Assembly (NCBI GenBank): GCA_964016885.1
Contig: OZ024747.1
Location: 56,792,001 to 56,856,000 of the forward strand
From: Eledone cirrhosa
Taxonomy: Eukaryota
Reading direction: 5' to 3'
Length of the DNA stretch: 64,000 nt
Shown: positions 52,380 to 64,000 of the stretch, piece after piece
Numbering within the stretch: position 1 is the first letter of the stretch
Layout of the letters: the number at the start of each line of letters is the position of its first letter
Notes under the pieces: generated by a model
The model's input: only the letters and a program-made list of their open reading frames with translations
Database searches by the model: none
Told to the model about the DNA's origin: nothing
Program-made: the position numbers and the translations under genes

Positions 52380-55300
52380 AGTGCTGGTGGCACAAATAAA
52401 GGCACCCAGTCCATGCTGTAAAATGGCGCTGGTGTTAGGAAGGGCATCCAACCAGTGTATCAATGCCAAAACGCTTTTCAGCACAGCAACAAATAGGAAC
52501 AACAACAAAGTATGAAGACGTCGCATCTCAGAGTTGCAACACTTAATGTTGGCACTCTCAGGGGTAGATCTGCTGAAATAGCAGAGATGCTGGAGAGAAG
52601 GCAGGTGGATATGTGCTGCGTGCAAGAGGTGAGATGGAGAGGTGCCTCTGTGAGACTAGTCGTAGGCAAACATCTTAGCTATAAGCTTTTCTGGGTAGGT
52701 AAGGATGATGGGTTAGGGGGAGTAGGCATTTTCCTGGCTGAGAGATGGATCAATAAGACAATAGAGGTAGTTCGAGTTAGTAATCGAATAATTAAGCTTA
52801 GATTAGTTGTAGGCAGGAGACTACTGACAATCATTTCTGCCTATGCTCCCCAGGCAGGCCTAGGTAAAGATGAGAAAGACTGCTTTTACGAGCAACTTTC
52901 ACAAACAACCGCAATGACAGAGGATGGAGACATCGTTATGCTAGCAGGAGACTTCAATGGTCATGTTGGACAACTCCAGGTTACACTGGGGTACAATGTG
53001 GGCATGGTTACGGCTCAAGAAATGAAGAAGGAGTGAGACTTCTTGAATTTTGTGATGCAGGTACACTGACTATTTGCAACACAAACTTCCAGAAACCTGC
53101 CAATCACCTAATAACCTACAAATCTGGTGAGCACATAAGCCAGATTGACTTCTTACTAGTTAGGCAGTGGGACAGGCAGATAGTGTCTAATGCCAAGGCA
53201 TACCCTGGGGAAGAATGTACCCCACAGCATAGGTTAGTCGTTAGTGATATCTCAGTAAGCAAGAGATGGAATGAGACATACAGGAAGGTGTGAAGAAGAA
53301 AGGTCTGGAAGCTAAAAGACCTTTCACTAAAATACAAATTTAGGAAAGCCCTTCAATATGTATATGACGAAAAAGAAGACGATTTAGAGATGTATGACAT
53401 AGATAATAACTGGAATTTCTTACGTGACAACTTGCTGCAGGCTACTGATGAATCTTGTGGCTGGAGCAGAGCTTCAACCAGACAGAGAGTGACCTGGTGG
53501 TGGAACAGCACAGTAGATAAGGCCATTAGAGACAAAAGACTAGCATGGAAGGCTTGGAAAAAGGGTGGGAGTAGGGAAGAATATACAGCCACTAAGAGAG
53601 AAGTTAGACGTCAGGTGTACTTAGCACACAGGGAGGCGGAGAGTAGGAGGTTTGCCAATGTTCTGCGACGGGAAGATCAGAGGCGTGCGGTGTTCCACAT
53701 TGCAAGGCAGTGTGTCAATGCAAATCAGGATGTTGTTGGAGATAAATGTGTCTGGGATGATGCCGGTGTAATTAGTGTCACGAATGATCAGAAAAAGGAG
53801 GCCTGGAAATGTCATTATGAGAGACTGATGAATGTGGAGAACGATTGGGAGAGAGAGAAATTATCCTGAGATGATCCGACAAAGGGACCAGCTATTGAGA
53901 TTGACGAATATAGGGTCCAAGAGGCGATTAAGGAAATGAAAAATGGTAAGGCTGCTGGACTATCGGGAATAGTTGCTGAGATGCTGAAGGCATCAGGGGA
54001 CGTAGGCACTAAACTGGTTGCACGCATCATCAATCAGGCTATATATGGTGGTGTCATACCCAAAGACTGGTGCAGCAGTATTCTCATAAATTGCTACAAA
54101 GGTAAAGGGGATGCTCTGGAGAGGAGCAATTATAGGGGTATAAAACTGATGGATCAGGTTATGAAAGTGGCAGAAAGGATATTAGCACAACTAATTAGAG
54201 AAAGGGTCAAACTAGATGCGATGCAGCTTGGTTTTGTGTCTGGGAAGAGTACAACAGATGCTCTCTTCTTGGTGAGACAATTGCAAGAGAGGCTCTTAGA
54301 GAAGAATAAGCCACTATACTTGGCCTTTGTTGACCTAGAGAAGGCCTTTGATAGGGTACCCCAATCTGTCATCTGGTGGTCCCTAAGGAAGCTAAGTGTT
54401 GAGGAATGGCTTGTGAGGACAGTGCAAACTTTGTAAAGTCAGGGTAGGGATGGAGTTTAGTGAGGAATTCCAGATACAAGTAGGAGTACATCAAGGTTCG
54501 GTCCTCAGCCCGCTCTTGTTCATTATAGTCCTCCAAGCCATAACAGAGGAGTTTAAGACTGGCTGTCCATGGGAACTTCTCTATGCTGACGATCTGGTTC
54601 TTATAGCAGAATCAGTAGAGGAGCTAGAGAATAAATTCTGGCTATGGAAACAACAGTTGGAAGCAAGAGGACTGAGAGTGAACCTAGCTAAGACAAAAGT
54701 GTTGATGAGTAGAAAAGAGGACAAAACTCTGATTCCGTCAGGGAAATGGTGATGTTCGATATGGAGAAAAGGAACTGGCATAAATTCTATAAAATGCACA
54801 CAATGCAGATCCTGGGTACACAAAAGATGTAGTGGGATAGCAGGCAAACTAACAAGTAGGGAGAAACCTGTATGCAGTAGATGTACAGGGAAATTAGACA
54901 GTAGAAGTCGCATTGATAGACACATTTTTCAAATGCAGGAGGGCACTATAGAATCAGTGGATAGCTTCCGGTACCTAGGAGATCAGATTAGCATGGGAGG
55001 AGGGTGTTCCGAGGCCATAGTATCTAGAATAAGGACGGCTTGGAAGAAGTTTAGGGAGCCGCTTCCTCTGCTGACAAAGAAGGGTTTCTCCCTGCGTATG
55101 AAAGGCCGGTTGTATGAATCCCGTGTGAGGAGCGCGATGCTGCATGGTAGTGAGACATGGGCAGCAACTGCAGAGGATATGCGACGGCTGGAGAGAAATG
55201 AGGCAAGCATGCTCCATTGGATGTGCAGTGTAAATGTGCGTGAACGACCCAGCATGAATGTGTTAAGAGAGAAACTGTGTCTGAGAGAGATAGAATGTAG

Positions 55301-55565
55301 TGTACGGGAGAGGAGACTGAGGTGGTATGGACATCTGATGTGCATGGAGGATGACCGATGGGTGAAGAAGTGCCAGGAAATGCCAGTTGAAGGAAGATGG
55401 TAGAGGTAGACCACGAAAAACATGGGCGGAGGTGGTGAGAACAGACGTCGGATCGTTGAAGCTCACGGTGGAGATGGCGAAGGACCGTGACGAGTGGAGA
55501 GATGCTGTGCTGAATAAGACCCGTCCCACCCTTGCAAGCAGGGAAAGGCGGACGTAAAATAATGA
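52380..55565 (+). pseudogene. Full-length decayed RTE LINE (APE + RT + PHD-like finger)
   Basis: VATLNVGTL, CVQEVRW, GDFNGHVG, QHRLV, NYRGIKL, AFVDLEKAFDRV, YADD, FRYLG and RLRWYGH. Several stops and frameshifts. Confidence 0.95.
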
Positions 55566-55622
55566 TGAAAATAATTATGATATATATATGGTATTAGAAT
55601 TGGTGCTCTGAAATAGCGATGT

Positions 55623-55986
55623 ATATATGAATGTATGTATAGTATATTTGGCAATATACCGTATGTTTAATTAAAAACATTTTGAAGACCTTGCGCTATC
55701 ATTTTTAAAGTAGTGACTATGTCACTTATTTCTTTTTTCAGCAAAAGAAGGGAGATAAGCTGACAGAGTGTGTTTCACACTGTTGGTGATCATCAGAGCA
55801 ACGTACTCCCCTTTGCTGAAAACTATAGAAGCTGGATTCTTATAGCACTCCAGTCCCCTTCTTTTGCCGAAACAAAGAAGTAAGTGATATAGTCACTACT
55901 TTAAAAATGATAGCGCAAGGTCTTCAAAATGTTTTTAATTAAACATACGGTATATTGCCAAATATACTATACATACATTCATATAT
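55623..55986. mobile_element. ~130-bp inverted arms enclosing an intact HHR
   Basis: Arms ~55623-55753 and ~55856-55986. Minus 55759-55799 reads gct CTGATGA t cac caaca gtg t GAA ACA cactc TGT C agc, with a distal gggag/ctccc extension of stem I. Confidence 0.8.
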
Positions 55987-56707
55987 ATATATAATAAATT
56001 TTCTGCACAGTTTCTGTCCACCAAATTTCACTCACATGGCATTGATGAACCCAAGGTTATATCAGAGAAGACATTTGTCCAAATTGCTATATATAGATAT
56101 ATATTTCCCAGGGTACCACTTGCCTAAGGTTCCACATAGTCTGATGGAACCCCAAACCATATGGTTGTGAATTGACCTCCTTAACCACATAGCCAGGCCT
56201 GTGTGTGCCGTGCTAGATTTAGGACAAATGAAGCCCTGTCCTAGTTAAGTTATGAGGCACCATAATTGGGCCTTGAAGGAGATAAACACTTTTTTTGGCA
56301 GGAAGATGGCCCCCTGGCTTAAGCACACCCAAGCAACAATGGTAAATTGAGTATTGTGTGTATGCTATATACATCCAGGAATACAATCATTCTTTATTGT
56401 TTTTTTTCATAAAGATGGCATATGTAAGTAGTTGACTGTGGAAATGGGGAAGCTGGGCTGTTTTAGTTCTAATCTTCGACAGAAGTATGAAGATGTGGAG
56501 TCAGGTATGTATGGTGCTGATGAGGTCTATAAGAATACTATCAGGTCAAGTCAACCCATTATTGATCTTTCTCCAGTAATCATTGGTTTCTGTCAAATTC
56601 AAAGAAATCAATATTTAATTTGATTTAAGATAATGATATTTAACATACTTTTACAACCCCCAAACCAACCCACCCACACAATTAAGTATGTGTATGTACA
56701 TATATAT

Positions 56708-56791
<84 letters not shown>

Positions 56792-56811
56792 GTGTGTGTG
56801 TATATTTGTGA

Positions 56812-56863
<52 letters not shown>

Positions 56864-57530
56864 GTGTATGTATGTATATATATGTATATACATATATATA
56901 TACATGTATATATATATACTTACATACACACATGTATATATATATATATATATTGTTTTCAATTACAAATTTTCTGACAATCTGTTTTCTTTCAAGTTCC
57001 ATGTCACAAATCTTTAGCGGTTAAAACAGGTAATCAGATGACAGTGTGTATGTGTGTGTATGTATGCATATGTGTGTATGTATGTATAAGTGTGTGTGTA
57101 TGTAAGTGTATGTGTATGGTGGGGCCATAATTTTACACCACCGCCTTCTCTGCGAAGAAGGGGAGGGGGGGGGGGCGTTGTATTATTTTATTGATTTATT
57201 ATTAATATTTGTTAGTGTTAGTGTTTACATGTTTGAGAGAGTGTGTCTGTGCGTATGTGTCTGTTTGTATCTGTATGTATGCTTTTGGGTGTATATATAT
57301 ATATATATGTGTGTGTGTTTGTATGTATGTGTGAATTGATTTGTGTGTATATATGTATGTGTGAATTTTTTTGTGTGAGTATGTGTGTATTTGTTTGCAT
57401 TTGTGTATGTGTATGTCTGTTTGTCATTGTAAGTGTTTGTGTATGTTTGTGTGAATCAGTATGTGTGTGTTTTTGGATGAGTTCATATGTATTTGTATAC
57501 GTGTCTATTAGTGTGTGTGTGTTTGCGTTG

Positions 57531-57563
<33 letters not shown>

Positions 57564-57774
57564 AGTATATAATAAACACAACTATCACCACCACCATCGC
57601 CATCATCATCTACACCCTTATCATCATCACTTCAACCACCACCACTCCCATCACCATCACCATCATCATCTACACCCTTATTACTATTACTTCAACCACC
57701 ACCACCACCATCACCATCACCATCATCATCTACACCCTTATCAGCATCATTACTAACACGCATCATATAGATAA

Positions 57775-59000
57775 AACCCTTTACATTCTGTGTTCAAATC
57801 CCGCTTCAGTTAGCTTTGACCTCCATCCTTACAGGCTCAATAAAATAAAGTACCAGTAATGTACTAGGCTCAATTTAATTGACTTCCCCCTTCCCTTCAA
57901 ATTGCTGACCTTGTGTTTAAATTAGAAACCATTATTAAAACAGCCAAGGGCAGTGGATTGGCAGTTTCGGTAGTGGGCCAGACGCCATGCTTTGCAGCAT
58001 AGAGTTACGGTCCTTTATGATCTGAGTTCAAATCCCGTTGAGGTCAACTTTGCCTTTCATCCTTACGGGGTTGATAAAATAAAGTACCAGTAATGCACTA
58101 AGCTCAATTTAATTGACTTCCCCTTCCCTTCAAATTGCTGACCTTGTGTCTAAATTAGAAACCATTATTAAAACAGCCAGGGAGGTGAATTGGCAGTATC
58201 GGTAGAGGGTCGGACATGCTTTCCAGCATAGTTACGTCCCTTTATGATCTGAGTTCAAATCCTGTTGAGGTTAAGTTTGCCTTTCATCCTTACGGGGTCG
58301 ATAAGAGAAAGTACCAGTAATGTACTGGTGAATTGCTGGCCTTGTGCCAAAAGTAGAAACAATTATTAAAACAGCCAAACAAAATATACTTAAGCCCTTC
58401 CAATCCCAAATCTGTAATGGAAGCTCTGAGTAGTAAATTGAAATGGACATCCTAATTTGCATATTATTGGTTTCTGATTTAGGTACAAAGCCAACAATTT
58501 TTGGGGGAGGGGAAATCGATTAAATCGATCCCAGTTAGTTATTGGTATTTTATTTTATCAACCCCGTCAGGATAAAAGGCAAAACTAACCTCAGAGGCAT
58601 TTGAACACATAAAGTAAAGGGCCGTAACTCTATGCCACAAAGCATGCAGTCCGACACTCTACTGATACTGCCAAAAGTGTTTGTTTTGGTAGTTAATCAA
58701 GATTTACATTAAAGTGTGGACTAAGAAGACAAAGTATATGATAAAGTTATAACTGTATATACACAGAATAGAGGATATTATTTAAAATGATATCATATAT
58801 AATAATAATTGTTTCTACTTTTGGCACAAGGCCAGCAATTACCCAGTGCATTACTGGTACTTTATTTTATCGACCCTGTAAGGATGAAAGACAAAGTTTA
58901 CCTCGGCGGGATTTGAACTCAGACCATAAAGGCCAGTAAATCTTTGCTGCAATTCAAAGCATGGCATCCAACCCTCTGCCGATATTGCCAATCCACCAAT
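57775..59000. mobile_element. SINE cluster: three tandem + copies followed by two - copies
   Basis: The + copies each end in attattaaaacagcca (~57945, ~58178, ~58376). The - copies are at 58465-58675 and 58805-59000. Confidence 0.8.
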
Positions 59001-59915
59001 GAAAATTATTGTGTACAGTGCTCAGGTGCACTACAACTCATCAAAGGGGCATATGTAGTACATAGAATAATGTACAAATGTCAGGAAAGTGAACAGTGTA
59101 TGCATAAAGATATACACACAGACATACATACACACACACATGTGTGCATGGAAGGGGAATATCAGGTGTAGTGTTAGTGGATTTCGGGATGCATGGACAT
59201 TTTGAAGGATGCAGTGTCTCGACAGCTAACAACCAATGCAGATAGTTTTTTCCATGCTTCAGCAACTCTGAGCACGAAAAAATGTTTCCAAAAGTCATGG
59301 GAGCTGTTATGTTTTCTGACTTTGGAAGCATATCCATGGGTGTTAGATACATAAAGGATTTCCTTGTGGTTATTCAGATAGTATACATGCTTTCTAGTGA
59401 AAGACTAACTAAGCTTGAAACCAGTTAAAGGCATTTACCATATTATCTATTTACTGATAAATATGTATATTTGGCGTGTTTATATGTCTACAAATGCAAT
59501 GTGTAAATTTATATACACATTTGGTTCATTTCTGTATATACACTGATAAAATATTTAGCTGAAATATACATATTGTTTATATCAAAATATATATGATATC
59601 AATCAGCTGTCATCATCATTGTTTTAAGTTAAAAATCTGTGACATATTTATATCTGGGGTCACATCATTATCATGTTGTCTCTTTGACAGCTGGATCATT
59701 GTCTATGCAGCTATATATATATATATATATACATACCTATATATATTGCAAGCAGGGAAGAGCGGACGTAAAATGATGATGATGATATATATAATATATA
59801 TATATGCGTGTGTGTGTGTATGTGTGTATTTATATATATATATACAGATTATATATATATATATATATATATATATTTGAGAAACATTGTCTATGAAGCT
59901 ATATATATATACATA

Positions 59916-59954
<39 letters not shown>

Positions 59955-59956
<2 letters not shown>

Positions 59957-60176
59957 CGAAGGAAATGTGGTAAGGAACCAGGTGGACCATAACGCACCAA
60001 AGTACTCAATACTTGAGGTAGTAGAGTGGGTAATAGGAACCAGTAAGACCCCGACAGCTGAGCTCAAGCCGTTTCGACGGCTAATTCTGGACTAAAAATC
60101 ATAGTTTAGTGATTTTTAGTCCAGAATTAGCCGTCGAAACGGCTTGAGCTCAGCTGTCGGGGTCTTACTGGTTCCT
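59955..60176. mobile_element. Fold-back Penelope-derived element in (TA)n
   Basis: Near-identical to 1121-1315 with a longer central stem. Perfect inverted repeat ~60033-60101 / 60110-60178. Confidence 0.75.
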
Positions 60177-60294
60177 ATATATATATATATATATATGCGT
60201 GTGTCTGTATGTGTGTATATATATAGAGAGAGAGAGATTATATATATATATATTATTGAGAAACATTGTCTATGAAGCTATATATATATACATA

Positions 60295-60338
<44 letters not shown>

Positions 60339-60782
60339 TGTGTGTGTATGTGTGTATATATATATAGAGAGAGAGATTATATATATATATATATTATTGA
60401 GAAACATACTCACATATACATATATTCATGTATGTATGTATAAACATGTTTGTATGTGTATCTATCTACATCTTTGCCAAATTATGAAGTTGCACAAATC
60501 ATCTTTTTTACTGCAGTGGGGAGGGGGGGGGGCTTCTTTTCTTTTCTTATGGTTTTCTCTAGAAACTAAGTCTATGGGGTGAGTTTGTGTATGTGTATGG
60601 TTGAAACTGCATGTGGTTATATGTTAGTATGTGTGTGTGTGTGTGTGTATATATTTATATATATTTATATATATATATATAAATATACATATACATACAA
60701 ACACACACACGCACACACATATATATATTTATATATATATATACATATACATATACATACACACACACACACACATATATAC

Positions 60783-60825
<43 letters not shown>

Positions 60826-60835
60826 CATACACACG

Positions 60836-60883
<48 letters not shown>

Positions 60884-60902
60884 CATACACACACACACAC
60901 AC

Positions 60903-60965
<63 letters not shown>

Positions 60966-61291
60966 TATGCATGTGTGTTAGTGTGTGATTGTGTATGTGC
61001 CATTTTTGTTACTATTGGGGTATGTAATTATTATCACATTTTACTGATCTCATTTTTTGAGCAGAATATAAAAAACATGTCAATGATGATGGTCCAAAGG
61101 TCTCATGTGTATGTGTGTGTATGTGACTGTATGTGTGTGTATGTGAGTATCTGTGTATGTATCTCTCTCTCTCTTTCTCTCTCTCTCCCAATATATATAT
61201 ATATATAATGTATTTCTGTAGAAAAGGTAAAGAAAAGAAGAGTGCTCTATGTATAGTATACGTACATATATATATATATATATATATGTAC

Positions 61292-61322
<31 letters not shown>

Positions 61323-61337
61323 CGTATATATATATAT

Positions 61338-61403
<66 letters not shown>

Positions 61404-61430
61404 GTATATATATATATATATGTATGTACG

Positions 61431-61505
<75 letters not shown>

Positions 61506-62172
61506 TGGAACTATAATTATGTCATGTTTACAGCTATTTATTTGTCTCTGCATTGAATGAAACACAGACTCACCACAGAAATTATATACCTGGATAACTA
61601 ACAACCACTCATCCACTTCCTTCCATTCACCACACACACAATATATCTCTGATTTTGTTGTCAATTAATCTACATATGTGTCGATACAACGTTTCAGTAT
61701 GGGAAGGGACCTGTCTATCTGATGAGCGCTCTGTATGTATGTAAACACACACATATGCAGACACACATATATATATAGTCCTGTAAAAGCCATTTCTATA
61801 TCTATTCGAAGCTCGAGATTTTATCCTTTATAGGATATCTCAAAATGCGAATGAAACCCAAGGGGAGAGACATAATCCTGGTAAGTGTGTACGCATTTCT
61901 TCTAACTTTAATTTTATACCTAATTGTGTATGGTTGACGGTATATTTAGTCCATTTCCACGTGCTCTTGAAATGTTGGGTAAATATTCTATGGGGATCGG
62001 CCGCGAAGAGTTTGCTGTCGTTTATTTATCTAATATTTCTTCATAGGTGCCTTTTAATCTTATAGCCTGGTCTAATTGATTTTTTATGTGGTTGATTATG
62101 CTAATTGGGAGAGGAAATGGTGTATGTATATTATCAAATGATTCTTTGGACAATTATATATATATATATATG

Positions 62173-62208
<36 letters not shown>

Positions 62209-62238
62209 TGTATGTATGTATGTATGTATGTATGTATG

Positions 62239-62307
<69 letters not shown>

Positions 62308-62309
<2 letters not shown>

Positions 62310-63490
62310 AGAAAGGGTCTCAAAGTCAACCTGACAAAGACTAAGGTCCTCGTAAGTAGACGAGCAAACAGAACCCAGATTCCCTCAGGGAAATAGCCTT
62401 GCTCAGTATGTAGGAAAGGTGTAAGTAGGAACTCCATCCTCTGCCCCAAATACAAACAATGGGTACACAAGAGATGTAGTGGGATCACAGGAAGCTTAAC
62501 TAAGAATGTAGGCTTCATATGTAGCAGCTGTGCTGGGACAGCAAGCAGCAAATGGCCACAGGAATCAAGCACCACCAAAATCTGGGAGGGCTCTGTAGAA
62601 ACAGTAGACAGCTTGTGCTACCTAGGTGTGTGTTCGGAAAGTACAATAACTAGGGTAAGAACAGGATGGAAGAAGTTCAGGGAGCTATTGCCACTGCTAG
62701 CTGCAAAAGGCTTTTCCCTCAAAATGAAAGGCAGACTGTATGATGCGTGTATACGAACATCAATGTTATATGGTAGTGAAACCTGGGCGCTGTCTGTAGA
62801 AGACTTGCGTAGATTAGAAAGAAACGAAGCTTGCATGTTCCGATGGATGTGTAATAGTAATATTCGCGAACGGCAAAGCATAAACTAATTGAGAGAGAGA
62901 GACTGAGCATAAGAGTAATCAAATGTTGTGTGCAGGAGAGGAGGTTGCGTTGGTATGGACATGTGATGTGTAGGAAGGATGACAGCTGCATAAAAAGATG
63001 CAGAGCACTAGAAGTCAATGGAACCGTGGAGTGGGCAGACCCAAGAAGACCTGCAATGAGGTGATAAAAGCCGACCTTACCCAATTGCACCTCTCAAGGG
63101 CGATGACACACAACCGTAACCTCTGGCGTCACGCAGTAATACAGAAGACCCGACTTCCCACGAGTACAAGCCGAAGCTGAAGCATATAGACAATATGCCC
63201 CCACTCCCTCCCATTGCAAAGTGGTCGTGGAGGTGCCACGGCAAAAAAGCACCCAGCCCACACTGTAAAGTGGACGAGTAGGTGCCATGGAAAAAAAGGA
63301 CTCAGCACTCACTGTAAATGAGGTTGGTGTTAGGAAGGGCAACCAGCTGTAGAAATCAAGCCAGAATCAGTTCCCATATGAGCAAGACAAAGTCAGCCGA
63401 CTGGACACTGCCCACAACAGGGCAACCCGTCTAACCCATGCTAGTGTGGAAGAACGGATGTAAAATGGTGATGATGATGATGATGATGGA
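62308..63490 (+). mobile_element. 5'-truncated RTE LINE with long 3'UTR and (GAT)n tail
   Basis: [13 protein letters not shown], Cys cluster, GWKKFRELLPLL and MLYGSETW. Homologous to 41270-42532. Confidence 0.9.
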
Positions 63491-63708
63491 GAAATCCAAT
63501 AACTTCTTTGAGAATGATTTTCTTTTCTTGATACAGAGGGTCGGCCCGGTGTATGGTGTTGATGCCTCCAAACTTAAAGGTTTTTTTTATGAACTTTCAT
63601 TGTTTTAAAATGTTTTGCCGTGTGAAGAACTCAGACTATCATAACTGATAGTCCTCAGTCATTTTAAATAAACCTGAACCAACTGAATATGGCCTCAAAT
63701 CTTTTATT

Positions 63709-63760
<52 letters not shown>

Positions 63761-63819
63761 AATATACAAGAGAGATAAACACAAATATAAACATACATGT
63801 GTTCGAATTGTAAAGGACC

Positions 63820-63965
63820 AGGTTTGCTATGCTGAAAAAATACTAACTATGACAATATGGTTTGCCAGACTTAATTTAAAGTAGTAAATTAAGCAAAAGA
63901 ATAACAAACCTATATTGGGCAACTGCCTGAAAACACCTAGACAGTTATAGAAACTATTTCGAAAA
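63820..63965 (+). pseudogene. Possible decayed Penelope GIY-YIG remnant
   Basis: DNMVCQ...TYIGQ...YRN fragments across frameshifts. Weak. Confidence 0.3.
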
Positions 63966-64000
63966 ATTATTATTAAGTGAAGGCATCACCAACTCTCTGC

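Noticed and set aside
61705-61890. Hammerhead at CTGATGA 61709
   Set aside because: No correctly spaced GAAA or stem I partner. The later GAAACC...GGTA half belongs to a separate truncated piece.

Overview
This is AT-rich, microsatellite-saturated eukaryotic non-coding DNA. The repeat spectrum resembles a coleoid cephalopod, probably Octopus (inference). No host protein-coding gene can be supported, and almost all listed ORFs are simple-repeat artefacts. The real content is mobile DNA: RTE-clade LINEs (one near-intact at 34585-37719, one full-length but decayed at ~52380-55565, plus fragments), two tRNA-derived SINE families, an internally deleted Gypsy-like LTR element with a nested LINE, hAT, piggyBac-like and Helentron-like non-autonomous elements, and a 15/19-bp binary satellite. 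The most striking signal is not in the ORF track. The window holds roughly 20 intact or degenerate type I hammerhead ribozyme (HHR) motifs from several distinct families, read by eye. They sit in short (~150-450 bp) non-coding elements, often inverted-repeat, usually inserted in (TA)n. One family is linked by sequence to a Penelope-like GIY-YIG endonuclease ORF. The motifs show stem I covariation, palindromic stem III loops, core variants (U3-A8, A4, U10.1-U11.1), and fold-back points that coincide with the ribozyme helices.
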